Below are positions 16,364 through 25,392 of a stretch of DNA of 25,392 nt, in pieces (position 1 is the first letter of the stretch; each line of letters opens with the position of its first letter). The notes beneath the pieces were generated by a model that worked only from the letters and a program-made list of their open reading frames with translations, was not told the DNA's origin and ran no database searches. A program made the position numbers and the translations under genes. Location of the stretch: NCBI GenBank assembly GCA_038227875.1, contig JBBRPR010000091.1, forward strand, positions 1-25,392, read 5' to 3'. The stretch comes from Planctomycetota bacterium. Lineage in GTDB: Bacteria; Planctomycetota; SZUA-567; H5-PLA8.

Positions 16364-19336
16364 TCAATGTTTGGCCTCGTCCTGGATGCAGTAAAGGTTT
16401 GCTCCGCCGCGCAGGTAAATTCTATTGCCATCGAATACAGGCGAAGCGAAGAAACTTTCCTGGCTTACGAATTCAGCATCTATTGATTCAATATAATTGA
16501 ATCCAGCTTCCTTGTATTGCGGTCCAGGCTCCACAATCACGACACCTCCAGTATTCTCAGTAATGAATATATTTTTTCCGCCAAGTGTGGGGCTGGCACA
16601 GATGCCCCAACTCCCACGGTTGCAGTTCGTGTATTTATCGAGCCGCTTGCGATACAGCTCCTTTCCGTCTTTCACATCCACGGCGATGATTAAGCCCATT
16701 TCGTCAACGGCATAGAGTACATCCTTCACCAGCAACGGTGAGCTGATGTAGCCTGCGTGGTAGAGTGGGCCGAGTCCCGCCCCGGGACTTTTCCAGAGCT
16801 TCTCAGCCTCAAGCATCCCATCGGGTTTGACTTTCAACCGGGCCGCCGTCAGGTCGAAAAAGACAGTGTCACCGGCCACCACCGGCGTGCTGCACGCGCC
16901 GCCACCAAACATGCCATCATTTGCAGCGCTCTGCCACAGCACCTTGCCATCCGCCAGCGAGAAAACGGAGTGATTCACCACCACCGGAGCAGTGCCGACC
17001 TGCATGGCGACAGGAGAACACCCCATGCCCCAACCCAGATCCCGGCTCGGCGCTTTGTATTCCCATATCGTCTTGCCCGTCAGCGCATCTAATGCAATCA
17101 TCGAGAGGCCGAACGTGCAGATCAGCCTGCCATTGGCAAGGACTGGAGAAGCATGATTGCCGTGCTCGGGTGCGCCAAGCAAAAGGTTGCGAACCCATCG
17201 GATTTCTCCCGCCAGATCGTAACAACAAACGAGGTTTGCTCCGACATCGCGTCCGCCCCCAAAAGTGGCGTAGACATACTCTCCGTCGCTGCTCGGCGTA
17301 TAGTTGGCTGTACCGGCGTCATTTTCCTGCATGCGTGGATATAACTTACGGTCCAACTTCATGAACTCGCCCTCGATCTTGCTGGCCAAACCTCTCCGCC
17401 CTCGGCCGTTATTAACGATCGCCTCCTGTTGTTCCCAGGTGGGTCCTGCAGGCGCGACTGCATTATTAATGAGTTTTACGACGTCCTTATCGGACTGTCG
17501 CAGTTGCTCGACCAATGGCTTGATGACACTCTCGATTTCCGGATGTGCTTCCTTGTCTTTTGGTGAGACCGCATCGAAGAAGGTGTGCGATTTCATCCAA
17601 AGAACTTTTCCGCTTTGCCTGTCGAGACATAAAAGATCCGATATCCCCGCGGTCACGAACAGTTTGTCGCCGACCACGCAAAGCGAGGCGCAACTTCCCC
17701 CGGGCATGCGTGTGGTCCATGCCAAATTGTGGCTGTCGTATTCGATCGGCATTTTCGGCCTCAGATAGGCCGCGAAATGCCACTGCGACTGTTTGGGATT
17801 GTTGCCCACATTCGCCACCGCCTTGTCGCACGCAACCTTGACCAGCAGCGTGTTCCAACCGGCTTTCAGTGCGATTTCAGTGTTGGGCCGCCAGGGATCC
17901 CTGAAATTTCCCTTTACCGGAATTCCATTTAGCCACACCTTCAAGGCCTTGCCAGCTACCCACATTTGCATCAGGAGCTTGCCATCGGTGGGCGAGTAAA
18001 GACGCGTGAATCCATAGCCCACCTGTTTGTCGAGTTCGCCGAAAGCCCAGACAAAATCGACATTGGGCTTATCGCAGGTCCCCTCGTTAACCGCCTGATT
18101 GTTCTGTGTTTCGATTCCAACATGCACTTTCTTCCAGACACCGACTCCGGCCTTGTCCCCGGCATTGGGATCAAGCGTTGCATCCTCCGTGATGAATGCC
18201 TGCTCGATGTCCTTCTCTGGATCTGTCACCGCAAATGGCCCGGCCACCAGCCAGTCTTTGATGATGCCCAGTTCCAGGCGCGCGCCAGACACAGTCGTAT
18301 TCTTGTCTGGCCGGGTGTTCTGGTATCGGATCTCATGAGTCAGGCCCTTTGCCCAGCGTCCCCATTCCAGCGGTGGCGTGGCACCCGGATAGCGGCCGGA
18401 CCCATCACCGCGCCAGCCGATTGGCCGTTGGAGCGAAGGAGAAAAGTCAGGCGAGCCCAAGAGGGCTTTGTCGCTTCCGGAAACAGGCGCCGTCGGCTTA
18501 TCGCCGGCTCCCCGCGCGTCCCCGGCGTCGGCGGCCTGAACGGCCAGGGATGGCTTGCGCGTAGCCACGTACGCTGTTACGGCCGTCAGCGTCAGCGTCA
18601 GCGCCAACGCCACGACGGCGACGCCTTTAAACGCGAATCCGGAGGCCGCCAGCGCTGAGCTTCCCTTGGCGACTGCGAGTGCCTGGCTACCAAGCGCGGC
18701 TAGGCTCGCGGGGGCCGGAGCCAATGGAGCGGTGGCGACCAGTGCGGCCATCGCCGACGTGGATGCGACCACGTATCCGCGCGCGACCAGTTGCGTCCGG
18801 ACCATCTCGATGCCGCGATGAGAATGATCGCGAACCGTGCTGACCGGCTGGGCCAGAGCGCCCCCGATTTCCTCAAACGACAACTGCTCGAGAAAATGCA
18901 GCCAGACTGGGACACGGTAGGGCTCAGGCAGCTCGCGAACGGCCTGCACTGCTTCGTCGCGGAGCTGCGCCTCGTCGGCGGCCTCGTTATCCCGTCGCGC
19001 CGCGGAGAGTTTCAGCTCGCGCCGATGACGCCGCGCTTCTTCGCGAACCTTGCGTTGAACGGAATGAATAACGATGCCCATGAGCCATCCTCGCACTGAT
19101 GTTCCCCGCCGCTCATCGAAGCGGCATTTGTGGGAGACGATTTGGAGGAATGCTGCTTGGACGGCGTCTTCGGCGTCCGCGGCGTTGTGGGTCATGGCCA
19201 GCGCCAATCGATAGGCACTGTCGCTATGCCGCGCAAACAACTCGCCTAACGCGTCGGGGGCGCCCTTGGCACCGAAGCGGCGCAAAGCGTCGAGATCGCT
19301 GGGTTGAGACTCGGCTACGTCCTGGCAACTCTCCAT
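16364..19336 (-). CDS. Membrane-anchored ECF sigma factor with extracytoplasmic PQQ/BamB-like beta-propeller and inserted beta-sandwich domain
   Basis: Sigma2 DAEDAVQAAFL, sigma4 LPEPYR...EEIGGALAQPVSTVR and TM GVAVVALALTLTLTAVTAYVA. Propeller motifs LCLDRQSGKVLW, ASPVLANG, ALDALTGKTIW and ASPVFDGNRIYLRG. SD gggag. Confidence 0.9.
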   Translation of the reverse strand: MESCQDVAESQPSDLDALRRFGAKGAPDALGELFARHSDSAYRLALAMTHNAADAEDAVQAAFLQIVSHKCRFDERRGTSVRGWLMGIVIHSVQRKVREEARRHRRELKLSAARRDNEAADEAQLRDEAVQAVRELPEPYRVPVWLHFLEQLSFEEIGGALAQPVSTVRDHSHRGIEMVRTQLVARGYVVASTSAMAALVATAPLAPAPASLAALGSQALAVAKGSSALAASGFAFKGVAVVALALTLTLTAVTAYVATRKPSLAVQAADAGDARGAGDKPTAPVSGSDKALLGSPDFSPSLQRPIGWRGDGSGRYPGATPPLEWGRWAKGLTHEIRYQNTRPDKNTTVSGARLELGIIKDWLVAGPFAVTDPEKDIEQAFITEDATLDPNAGDKAGVGVWKKVHVGIETQNNQAVNEGTCDKPNVDFVWAFGELDKQVGYGFTRLYSPTDGKLLMQMWVAGKALKVWLNGIPVKGNFRDPWRPNTEIALKAGWNTLLVKVACDKAVANVGNNPKQSQWHFAAYLRPKMPIEYDSHNLAWTTRMPGGSCASLCVVGDKLFVTAGISDLLCLDRQSGKVLWMKSHTFFDAVSPKDKEAHPEIESVIKPLVEQLRQSDKDVVKLINNAVAPAGPTWEQQEAIVNNGRGRRGLASKIEGEFMKLDRKLYPRMQENDAGTANYTPSSDGEYVYATFGGGRDVGANLVCCYDLAGEIRWVRNLLLGAPEHGNHASPVLANGRLICTFGLSMIALDALTGKTIWEYKAPSRDLGWGMGCSPVAMQVGTAPVVVNHSVFSLADGKVLWQSAANDGMFGGGACSTPVVAGDTVFFDLTAARLKVKPDGMLEAEKLWKSPGAGLGPLYHAGYISSPLLVKDVLYAVDEMGLIIAVDVKDGKELYRKRLDKYTNCNRGSWGICASPTLGGKNIFITENTGGVVIVEPGPQYKEAGFNYIESIDAEFVSQESFFASPVFDGNRIYLRGGANLYCIQDEAKH

Positions 19337-19459
19337 AATTGAACTCCCGTATCGTTGAAGTCATGGGAGATTCGCCGCAGCGCGCGAACCCAGCGGAGAA
19401 TTCTGAAAATTTTATAGCGAGTATTGTAACGACCCTGCACATCCTCAATTAAGGTCTTT

Positions 19460-22400
19460 TTATTCGATCTCGATTGCCTGCAAGATGGCGTCGTTATCGC
19501 CTGTCGCAGTGATCCTAATGATTATCTCTCCGTTTTTATCAGGTGCGATATCCTCGACGCGCACGTCCGCGGCCGAGTTTATTTGTCCCGCCGCTGTCGC
19601 AGGATCCCAATTCTCCCGCGCGCGCAGGCCGTTCACGTCAATATTCATTGGACGCTTGCCCGCTTCCGGCAGCCAGAGTTCCGCGAACTTCAGATGGACG
19701 GCGTACAGCCCCGGAGGCACCGCGAATCGATAGGTGAGTGCTTTTCCGCTGCGTGCTGTGTGGTACAAAGCCTGATCATACATCGTGGGCGATGCCTGGG
19801 AAACTGGGACCTTCTGCTCCAGCACGCTCCCGCCCGTTCCGTTTCGGTCCGGAGACCAGACGACGCCGTTCCAGTCCACAAAGCTTTTTTCACTTCCGCA
19901 ATCCACATGAATCTCCGGCTTGATCTCCGGAAGCACTTCGATTGCCTGCACCATCGCCTCGTCCGTGACTTTCGTCGGCTCCCATCCGCCACTGAAATGC
20001 AGAACCAGCATTCCTTCCGCATCCGGCGTGAGACAACGAAGCACTTTCTCATAGGCCAACTTCGGCCCTCGCGCAGCCTGGCAAACATCGAAATTGGTAA
20101 GCACCCGCCGCCCATTGACGTCCAGATTCATTGGCCGTTCAAAATACCATTTGTACTGTGTCTCCGCGAATTTCAGGCGGATGCTGTAGATCCCCTGCGA
20201 TACCGGAATCGCATAAGTGAAATCCGTGCCAACGCGCCCGGCTTGATACAGCGACTGATCATCTTGCGTCGGTTGAGCCGACGCAATGATTTCTTTTGAC
20301 TGCATTGAAGCGCCACCTGTGAAGAACCGGTCCTGGGACCACACATTCCCGAGCTTGTCGGTGTAGGGTTGGCTGGCGCCGCACAGGATACGGACAATTG
20401 AATCGCCGAGCGCGGCCTGCGGCTTCTCCTCGGCGTAGAGGATACGCGGCATCCATGAGACGATCTCTTCCCGGTCGGTGGACGCACGATCGAGGACAAA
20501 ACGGACCACATCACCTTTGGCGACTTCCAGTGTGAGATCGTGCTGCGAGCCCAACAGATCCGCCGCCTTTGCCTCGGCCCAGCCGTCCTTCGGCCAGACC
20601 GGTTTCACACCGAGGAGTATCCGGACTCGCAACGTGGGTCCTGCCCGGCGCTGATACTCTTTCATTGCGCGGCCCACGATGCGGACCGTTCCCGGTTGCG
20701 GAGCCGTCCAGGCACGAACGCACTGTGCATTCGCACTGGCAAGCTGCCACCCGCGCCCGACCCGGGCAGACTGTTCACCTTCCCAATATCCTTCCGCGCC
20801 GCCCCGCTGCCTGGGAGTTCCACCCCTGTTGCCCGCCGGACTGCCGGCTGGAGCAATCCATTGCATCGGCTTGAAAACGGTTCCATCTGTCGTCGTCTCG
20901 GCGCTCCAGCCATCGCGGCCGGCTGTGGAAAAAAGACCACCCAAGGCAGGATATTCCAGCGTGGCATCGCCAGCGCGCCGTGCGCTGGTCCATTCGCTGA
21001 CGTTGCCGTCGCCGTCAACCGTACGTACAGCATAGGAAGCCGACGGATCCCACCCTTCGGAGTGATCAAAAAAATACGTACCCACACTGGCTTTACCGAG
21101 AACGGTTTCACCGCGCCGGATCTCATAGTAACTCAGCCAGTTGTCGTCCGAGCCGGGCGACCAATAGATACCGACGCCGGCATGCCCGATATTGCTTTCC
21201 CGACGGGACAAGACCCGTGAAGGAGCCTTCGGAGGTGCAGTGTCTGTTCCACTGCCGGGTCGATTGGGCAGGCCAAGGTAAACCAGTTCGCCTGGTGGCT
21301 GCTTTTCAATCACGATACCTTTCGCCATCAAGTCGGCCCCGGTGCGTGAGGTGACAACCGACTTCGAATCAAATCCCACAGTGTATCTGTAGTCCGGCAA
21401 GAGTCCGCGCGGAAAAATCGTGACGGCTCCCGGCGCCAAGTGTCTCAGGATGATGCAGGCCTTCTTCCGATCGTAGCTGGTACGCTGCATGTAAAATTGT
21501 TCTCCATCGCCCGTGACCATGGGATGGAACATCAACGACCATCTTCCACTGACGCCTTCTCGCGTGAGGAAATTGTAGATTTGTCCCAGCCGCCGGATCT
21601 GTTCCAGATCGGGAGCCGAGACCGACTGGTCCCAGGCTGGAACGAGCGCCAGCGACTGGCGTGCATCTTCCGGTCTGTAGCCGCCGCCAGTGTAAAATGG
21701 CGGCATGATATCCATCCACTTGTCTGGAATTTCGAAGTAGGAGACATAATGACTGGCGTGCATGCCACCGCCGTTCATGCCCCACCCGGGATCGGCCAAC
21801 ATGTTGATGTCGGTTCGGCGCTGGACCTCAAACATGTGTGAGTACTTGCTGCCGCAATTGGTCGTGTGGAACGAAGCGCGCGGATTCTTCTTCAGGAACG
21901 CACTGACCTGCTCTCGCTGCGCACGATCGGACCAGTCGTTGTAATCGGTGCGCCACTGGAAATTGCCCCACGCCGCAACTTTGTTGTCCATCACCCCGGG
22001 GCTCGGATAGCCGTTGAACCAGAGCAACCATTTCATATCCATCTTGGCAAGGTAGCGCACCGTGTTGGCGAAGTCCGGTCCCTCGAAGAAAGGCGCAACA
22101 TAATAGTTGTCCGCGTTGAGCGACCAACCGGCGTCATCCCACAGCAGCGTCATCCCGGCCGTGCGCATCAAGTCCGGAACCGTCAGGTCCATGTTCAGTC
22201 GACCGGCCCAGTTCTCCTGCAAATTTGGAGGGTTGTTGTACCAACCCGGCGCCCATAGCATCCGGCCGAACCAGTCGTGATGCGTGTAATCCCACATGTA
22301 CTCGTACTGCCATGCGAATAAATGTTGCGCCATGTCATCCAAGTCGCCAGCAAACGTACACAAGGTAACAGCCGGCGCTTGTACCTTCTGCTTTGCAGCC

Positions 22401-23788
22401 AGACTGCTCAGGTTCAACCCGCGCAAATGCACGAGGGTGGTGTTGCCGTCGCGAGTCACAGACATCCCTTTTGCACCGGAGTCATCATCCTGCTCAGCAA
22501 ACCAGCCATCGTTCGCCGTCCCGGTCCGCCGCATCACCATGTATGGCATGAAATCGGCGCAACCGCCCCCACCGGACAACACGCTTTTATATCCGGGTTT
22601 GACCGGAGCCGTTCGCATGACACCAGCATTGGGCGAGTTGTCCGCACCCGTCATCCAGGAGTGCTGCCACTCAGCGGTCGCGTCTGAATCGAGAGGAAAA
22701 GCCAGTCCGGTAAATTCCGAAACGGCGAACGCCGTCGCGCCCGTGTTTTCAATATCGAGCCATTGCCGCAGCACGCTTGAGTGCGGGAATGCCACGATAT
22801 GCAAGCCCACGCGCAGGGATGAGCGAATCAGGACCATATCCAATTGAACCGCCGGCCGGCCACCAGAATCAATCTCAAGACATTTGGCGGATTCCAGGGT
22901 CCATTGAGCGGCACGCTCCGTTTCCTTCTGTAAAGCCGCTCGTCTCGTCTCCGGGTCCATCTTATGAACTACAAACACCTTCACTTTGATCGGATTCGCA
23001 CCGTCTGGCGACAGTGCAGCGGAGCCCTTGACCTGCACCGTCCCATCCTTGGGAGCCACCCAAATCCGGGCGGCCGCGCACGTCGGGGAGGGATGCATGG
23101 CAGAAGGCCCGATCCATGGCACATCACCCGCTGCCCGATCACCGCTGGCCTGGCTGGCCACTCTGACTCTGCCCTTTTCGTTTGCTAAATTCAGGTTCAG
23201 GAAATCGTCCAGCGGCGCCAAAATGCCGGCGTCCGCCTTCAAGACATCGTAGAACCAAATCGGACCCTGGCCCAACCCGCTGTCATCGGTCGAGGCATAG
23301 CGCTCGTCTGCGCCATACTGTATTGTGACCGGCCAACGCGTAGTCGTGCTGGCGTAGTTGCCGCCGTGTTCCACCGAAAATCCAATACGATCTCCTTTCT
23401 TTACCGTCACACTCAAATTCTCGCTGGCTGGATCCGCGGTCTCACCCTTCTTCAGATTCTTTTCCCACAAAGATTGGATGAGGATGTCCCCAGGCACGGA
23501 GCTCCGATCGAAGGCAAACGGCGCCAACGCTGCATCCCGCTTCAGATATTCGACAGCGGGTTGAATTGTGCGGTTCTTGAAGCTGAGCAGTCGGAACTGC
23601 CCGTCCTTGGCCTGGAAGACCAATTCAATTGCCTTGGATCCAATCGCCCACTCCGTACCATCTGCACTGCCCCGCGCGTAGGCATCGCCTACCACAACTT
23701 CATTGGTAGCCGCCGCGCAGACACCTGCGACCAAACACAAACAAACAGGTATCAGCTTGGGAACGCGTAGTCTGCGTGTCATTGTCAT
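19460..23788 (-). CDS. Secreted multidomain GH36-like (clan GH-D) glycoside hydrolase with FN3, two related beta-sandwich domains and two malectin domains
   Basis: Signal peptide from ATG 23788 or 23782. GH36N-like LRQWLDIENTG. Barrel motifs WDDAGW, KWLLW, WRTDYN and NCGS. GH36C-like GLLPDYRY...TGADLMAKGI. FN3 WSPGSDD...YAVRTVDGDGNVS. Two malectins (LYQAGR/LYHTAR, LKFAE, AIE). Confidence 0.78.
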   Translation of the reverse strand: MTMTRRLRVPKLIPVCLCLVAGVCAAATNEVVVGDAYARGSADGTEWAIGSKAIELVFQAKDGQFRLLSFKNRTIQPAVEYLKRDAALAPFAFDRSSVPGDILIQSLWEKNLKKGETADPASENLSVTVKKGDRIGFSVEHGGNYASTTTRWPVTIQYGADERYASTDDSGLGQGPIWFYDVLKADAGILAPLDDFLNLNLANEKGRVRVASQASGDRAAGDVPWIGPSAMHPSPTCAAARIWVAPKDGTVQVKGSAALSPDGANPIKVKVFVVHKMDPETRRAALQKETERAAQWTLESAKCLEIDSGGRPAVQLDMVLIRSSLRVGLHIVAFPHSSVLRQWLDIENTGATAFAVSEFTGLAFPLDSDATAEWQHSWMTGADNSPNAGVMRTAPVKPGYKSVLSGGGGCADFMPYMVMRRTGTANDGWFAEQDDDSGAKGMSVTRDGNTTLVHLRGLNLSSLAAKQKVQAPAVTLCTFAGDLDDMAQHLFAWQYEYMWDYTHHDWFGRMLWAPGWYNNPPNLQENWAGRLNMDLTVPDLMRTAGMTLLWDDAGWSLNADNYYVAPFFEGPDFANTVRYLAKMDMKWLLWFNGYPSPGVMDNKVAAWGNFQWRTDYNDWSDRAQREQVSAFLKKNPRASFHTTNCGSKYSHMFEVQRRTDINMLADPGWGMNGGGMHASHYVSYFEIPDKWMDIMPPFYTGGGYRPEDARQSLALVPAWDQSVSAPDLEQIRRLGQIYNFLTREGVSGRWSLMFHPMVTGDGEQFYMQRTSYDRKKACIILRHLAPGAVTIFPRGLLPDYRYTVGFDSKSVVTSRTGADLMAKGIVIEKQPPGELVYLGLPNRPGSGTDTAPPKAPSRVLSRRESNIGHAGVGIYWSPGSDDNWLSYYEIRRGETVLGKASVGTYFFDHSEGWDPSASYAVRTVDGDGNVSEWTSARRAGDATLEYPALGGLFSTAGRDGWSAETTTDGTVFKPMQWIAPAGSPAGNRGGTPRQRGGAEGYWEGEQSARVGRGWQLASANAQCVRAWTAPQPGTVRIVGRAMKEYQRRAGPTLRVRILLGVKPVWPKDGWAEAKAADLLGSQHDLTLEVAKGDVVRFVLDRASTDREEIVSWMPRILYAEEKPQAALGDSIVRILCGASQPYTDKLGNVWSQDRFFTGGASMQSKEIIASAQPTQDDQSLYQAGRVGTDFTYAIPVSQGIYSIRLKFAETQYKWYFERPMNLDVNGRRVLTNFDVCQAARGPKLAYEKVLRCLTPDAEGMLVLHFSGGWEPTKVTDEAMVQAIEVLPEIKPEIHVDCGSEKSFVDWNGVVWSPDRNGTGGSVLEQKVPVSQASPTMYDQALYHTARSGKALTYRFAVPPGLYAVHLKFAELWLPEAGKRPMNIDVNGLRARENWDPATAAGQINSAADVRVEDIAPDKNGEIIIRITATGDNDAILQAIEIE

Positions 23789-24368
23789 GGTGTTTTTTTC
23801 ATTCACGTTCGAGGGTTCCTTATCACCTGATTGAAAATTTATGTTGCACCACCTTAGACCTTGTCTCACACCGCACCAGACATAAGACGTCTTATCTGTT
23901 TACCCCACGTGGACTAGCTATGGAGATGTTTTTTGTTTCTCTCATAAGTGAAACATATTTGGGTATCGAAAGAAGAGTAGAAGTGAGCGTTTTATCGGGT
24001 ATTCGGCGTCTTGAAACTCTGCCGCGAGGCAGGTTTCCTGCAAAACCAGGATTCAGCTGAATTTCTATACATGGGCGCTACTGCCGGACATGAATGAAAC
24101 GTTGATCATTGATTCGCTTGATACTGGTAAGATGGGATGGCCGGGCCGCGGCAGAATCGGTAAAGGAGCTGACCGTTCTGACTCGGTTGGGCCAGGAATT
24201 TTCAACTTAGGGATCATTGAATCCCGAACCAATATGCAGAAAATATGAAATGCCGCGTTACTCGAACGCGTCAAAGCAACTAGAACTACTTGTTAACGAC
24301 TTGGTGAGCATTACAAAAAGACAAACTATTGAATTTGAGCGTTCCCCAGTCTTAGGAACACAGCCTGC

Positions 24369-25208
24369 TTGAATGATTCTGCCTCCGCCCCTTTACCGCG
24401 CCGCCGCCTTTTCCGATTCTCGCTCTTCTCCCTGCTCCTGTTGGTTCTGGCCATTGGCGATGGGGTAACGGTATGGTGGCGTTGGGAAGCATGGCGTCCC
24501 CTGAAGAAGATATCCATACGGGACACGCGGGCACAGTATTCCTTTTCCACTGATCAGACCCGGCTGCTTTACTTGGGAGACGGAAATTCGCTCGTTGTCG
24601 ACGTCGAATCTGGCAACGTTTTGGACCGGGATCGGCGTGGCGTCGCGCTCTCTCCGGACGGAAAGCAGATTGTCACGTGCGATAGTTATACCGCGCAGCT
24701 CATTCTCTCTGATGTGGGAACAAAGACCCGCACGAGTGGCAATGTCCTCATCGAACAATTTCAGTATTCGAATACCTTTGTCATCTTCTCCAATGACAGT
24801 AAAGCGCTGTTGTATACCTGTGAAGGCCAGCCATTGAAACTGTGGAATGTGAGCGAAAAGCGCGCCATCAGTCTGCAGTCTCCGCTGCCCCTCCAAGTGC
24901 AGAACGCCGGTTTCACACCAGACAGCAGACTGGTCTATGCACTGGGCAGTGATGGCGCATTGCATTTCTGGGACGGAATGACCGGAGAGCATCATCGCGA
25001 AATTCCAGCCGCCGGGCACGCGATTGAGTTGGCAGTGATGGCGCCGGATTCGCGCACTGTGCTCGTCGCGCGCGAAGGTTACGCCGATATTTTCTCGCTC
25101 GATACATTGAAAGCCGTCGCGCATCTGGCTCCACACGAGGATCATATATTTGCTGCGGCACTCTCGCCCAGCGGCAAGCTTGCCGCGACGGCTAGTGTAG
25201 TGTATTGA
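24369..25208 (+). pseudogene. Membrane-anchored WD40-repeat protein truncated by an IS insertion
   Basis: RRRLFRFSLFSLLLLV N-terminus and WD40 blades (SPDGK, FSNDSK, LKLWN, FTPDSR, LHFWDG). It ends mid-repeat at LAATAS, exactly where the IS end begins. Confidence 0.75.
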
Positions 25209-25392
25209 AAATAGAGTGACCTATGACAGCGCAGACATGTTTCCCTTATCAAGGAGGATGAAGCATGCGCGTAGCGCGAACGGTGACACTGGACGACGAT
25301 CAACGACAACAATTGCAGCAATGGTCGCGCGGACGCAGCACCGCCTACCGGCTCGTCAAGCGCGCCGAAATTATCCTTTTGGCCGAAGGGGG
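25193..25392 (+). mobile_element. IS630-family insertion sequence, left end
   Basis: CTAG/TA target-like site at 25192-25195 followed by GTGTAGTGTATTGAAAATAG, then a transposase start. The right end lies outside the window. Confidence 0.75.
25265..25392 (+). CDS. IS630-family transposase, 5' part
   Basis: SD aaggagg, then MRVARTVTLDDDQRQQLQQWSRGRSTAYRLVKRAEIILLAEG, a typical IS630 N-terminus (L..w.r......lv.RA.IILL). Confidence 0.85.
   Translation, partial: MRVARTVTLDDDQRQQLQQWSRGRSTAYRLVKRAEIILLAEG

Noticed and set aside
16164..16367. 67-aa minus-strand ORF overlapping the ECF stop codon
   Set aside because: It has no recognisable features, and the opposite strand gives the more protein-like (NPCBM-like) reading.
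15945..19404. Palindrome AGAATTCT about 60 nt upstream of both ECF starts (15945-15952 and 19397-19404)
   Set aside because: It is only 8 bp with no further shared -35/-10 similarity, so it cannot be told from chance with two examples.
23789..24368. Small ORFs in the AT-rich spacer (23776..24060, 24065..24274, and a 52-aa + strand ORF near 24090)
   Set aside because: They show no motifs, convincing SD or codon bias. A faint transposase-like stretch (AAESVKELTVLTRLG) is too weak to call.

Overview
This is a GC-rich bacterial window. The lineage is probably Planctomycetota/PVC, inferred from the membrane-anchored ECF sigma fusions, an RFSLxxLL N-terminal motif and the REP-like repeat types. 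The left part (1-7.4 kb) holds the 5' end of a secreted BNR/Asp-box repeat protein missed by the ORF track, a TMTC-like GT-C/TPR membrane protein, a TauE/SafE exporter, an unannotated 22-aa Lys-rich peptide, a stand-alone rplC outside the S10 operon, two secreted hypotheticals and a CDGSH Fe-S protein. The centre (7.5-12.8 kb) is an exbB/tolQ-exbD/tolR pair followed by a 1269-aa protein. That protein has a TonB/TolA-type SxxxH anchor but ends in a CBM9-like domain plus an Ig-like domain instead of TonB_C, and it is the best candidate for an undescribed system. The right part (13-25.4 kb) looks accessory. It has a HEAT-repeat protein, two paralogous membrane-anchored ECF sigma fusions (one truncated at a 13 x 10-bp array), a multidomain GH36-like enzyme with a circularly permuted internal domain and two malectins, and a WD40 gene cut by an IS630-family element. 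All family calls come from motifs read by eye. No searches were run.
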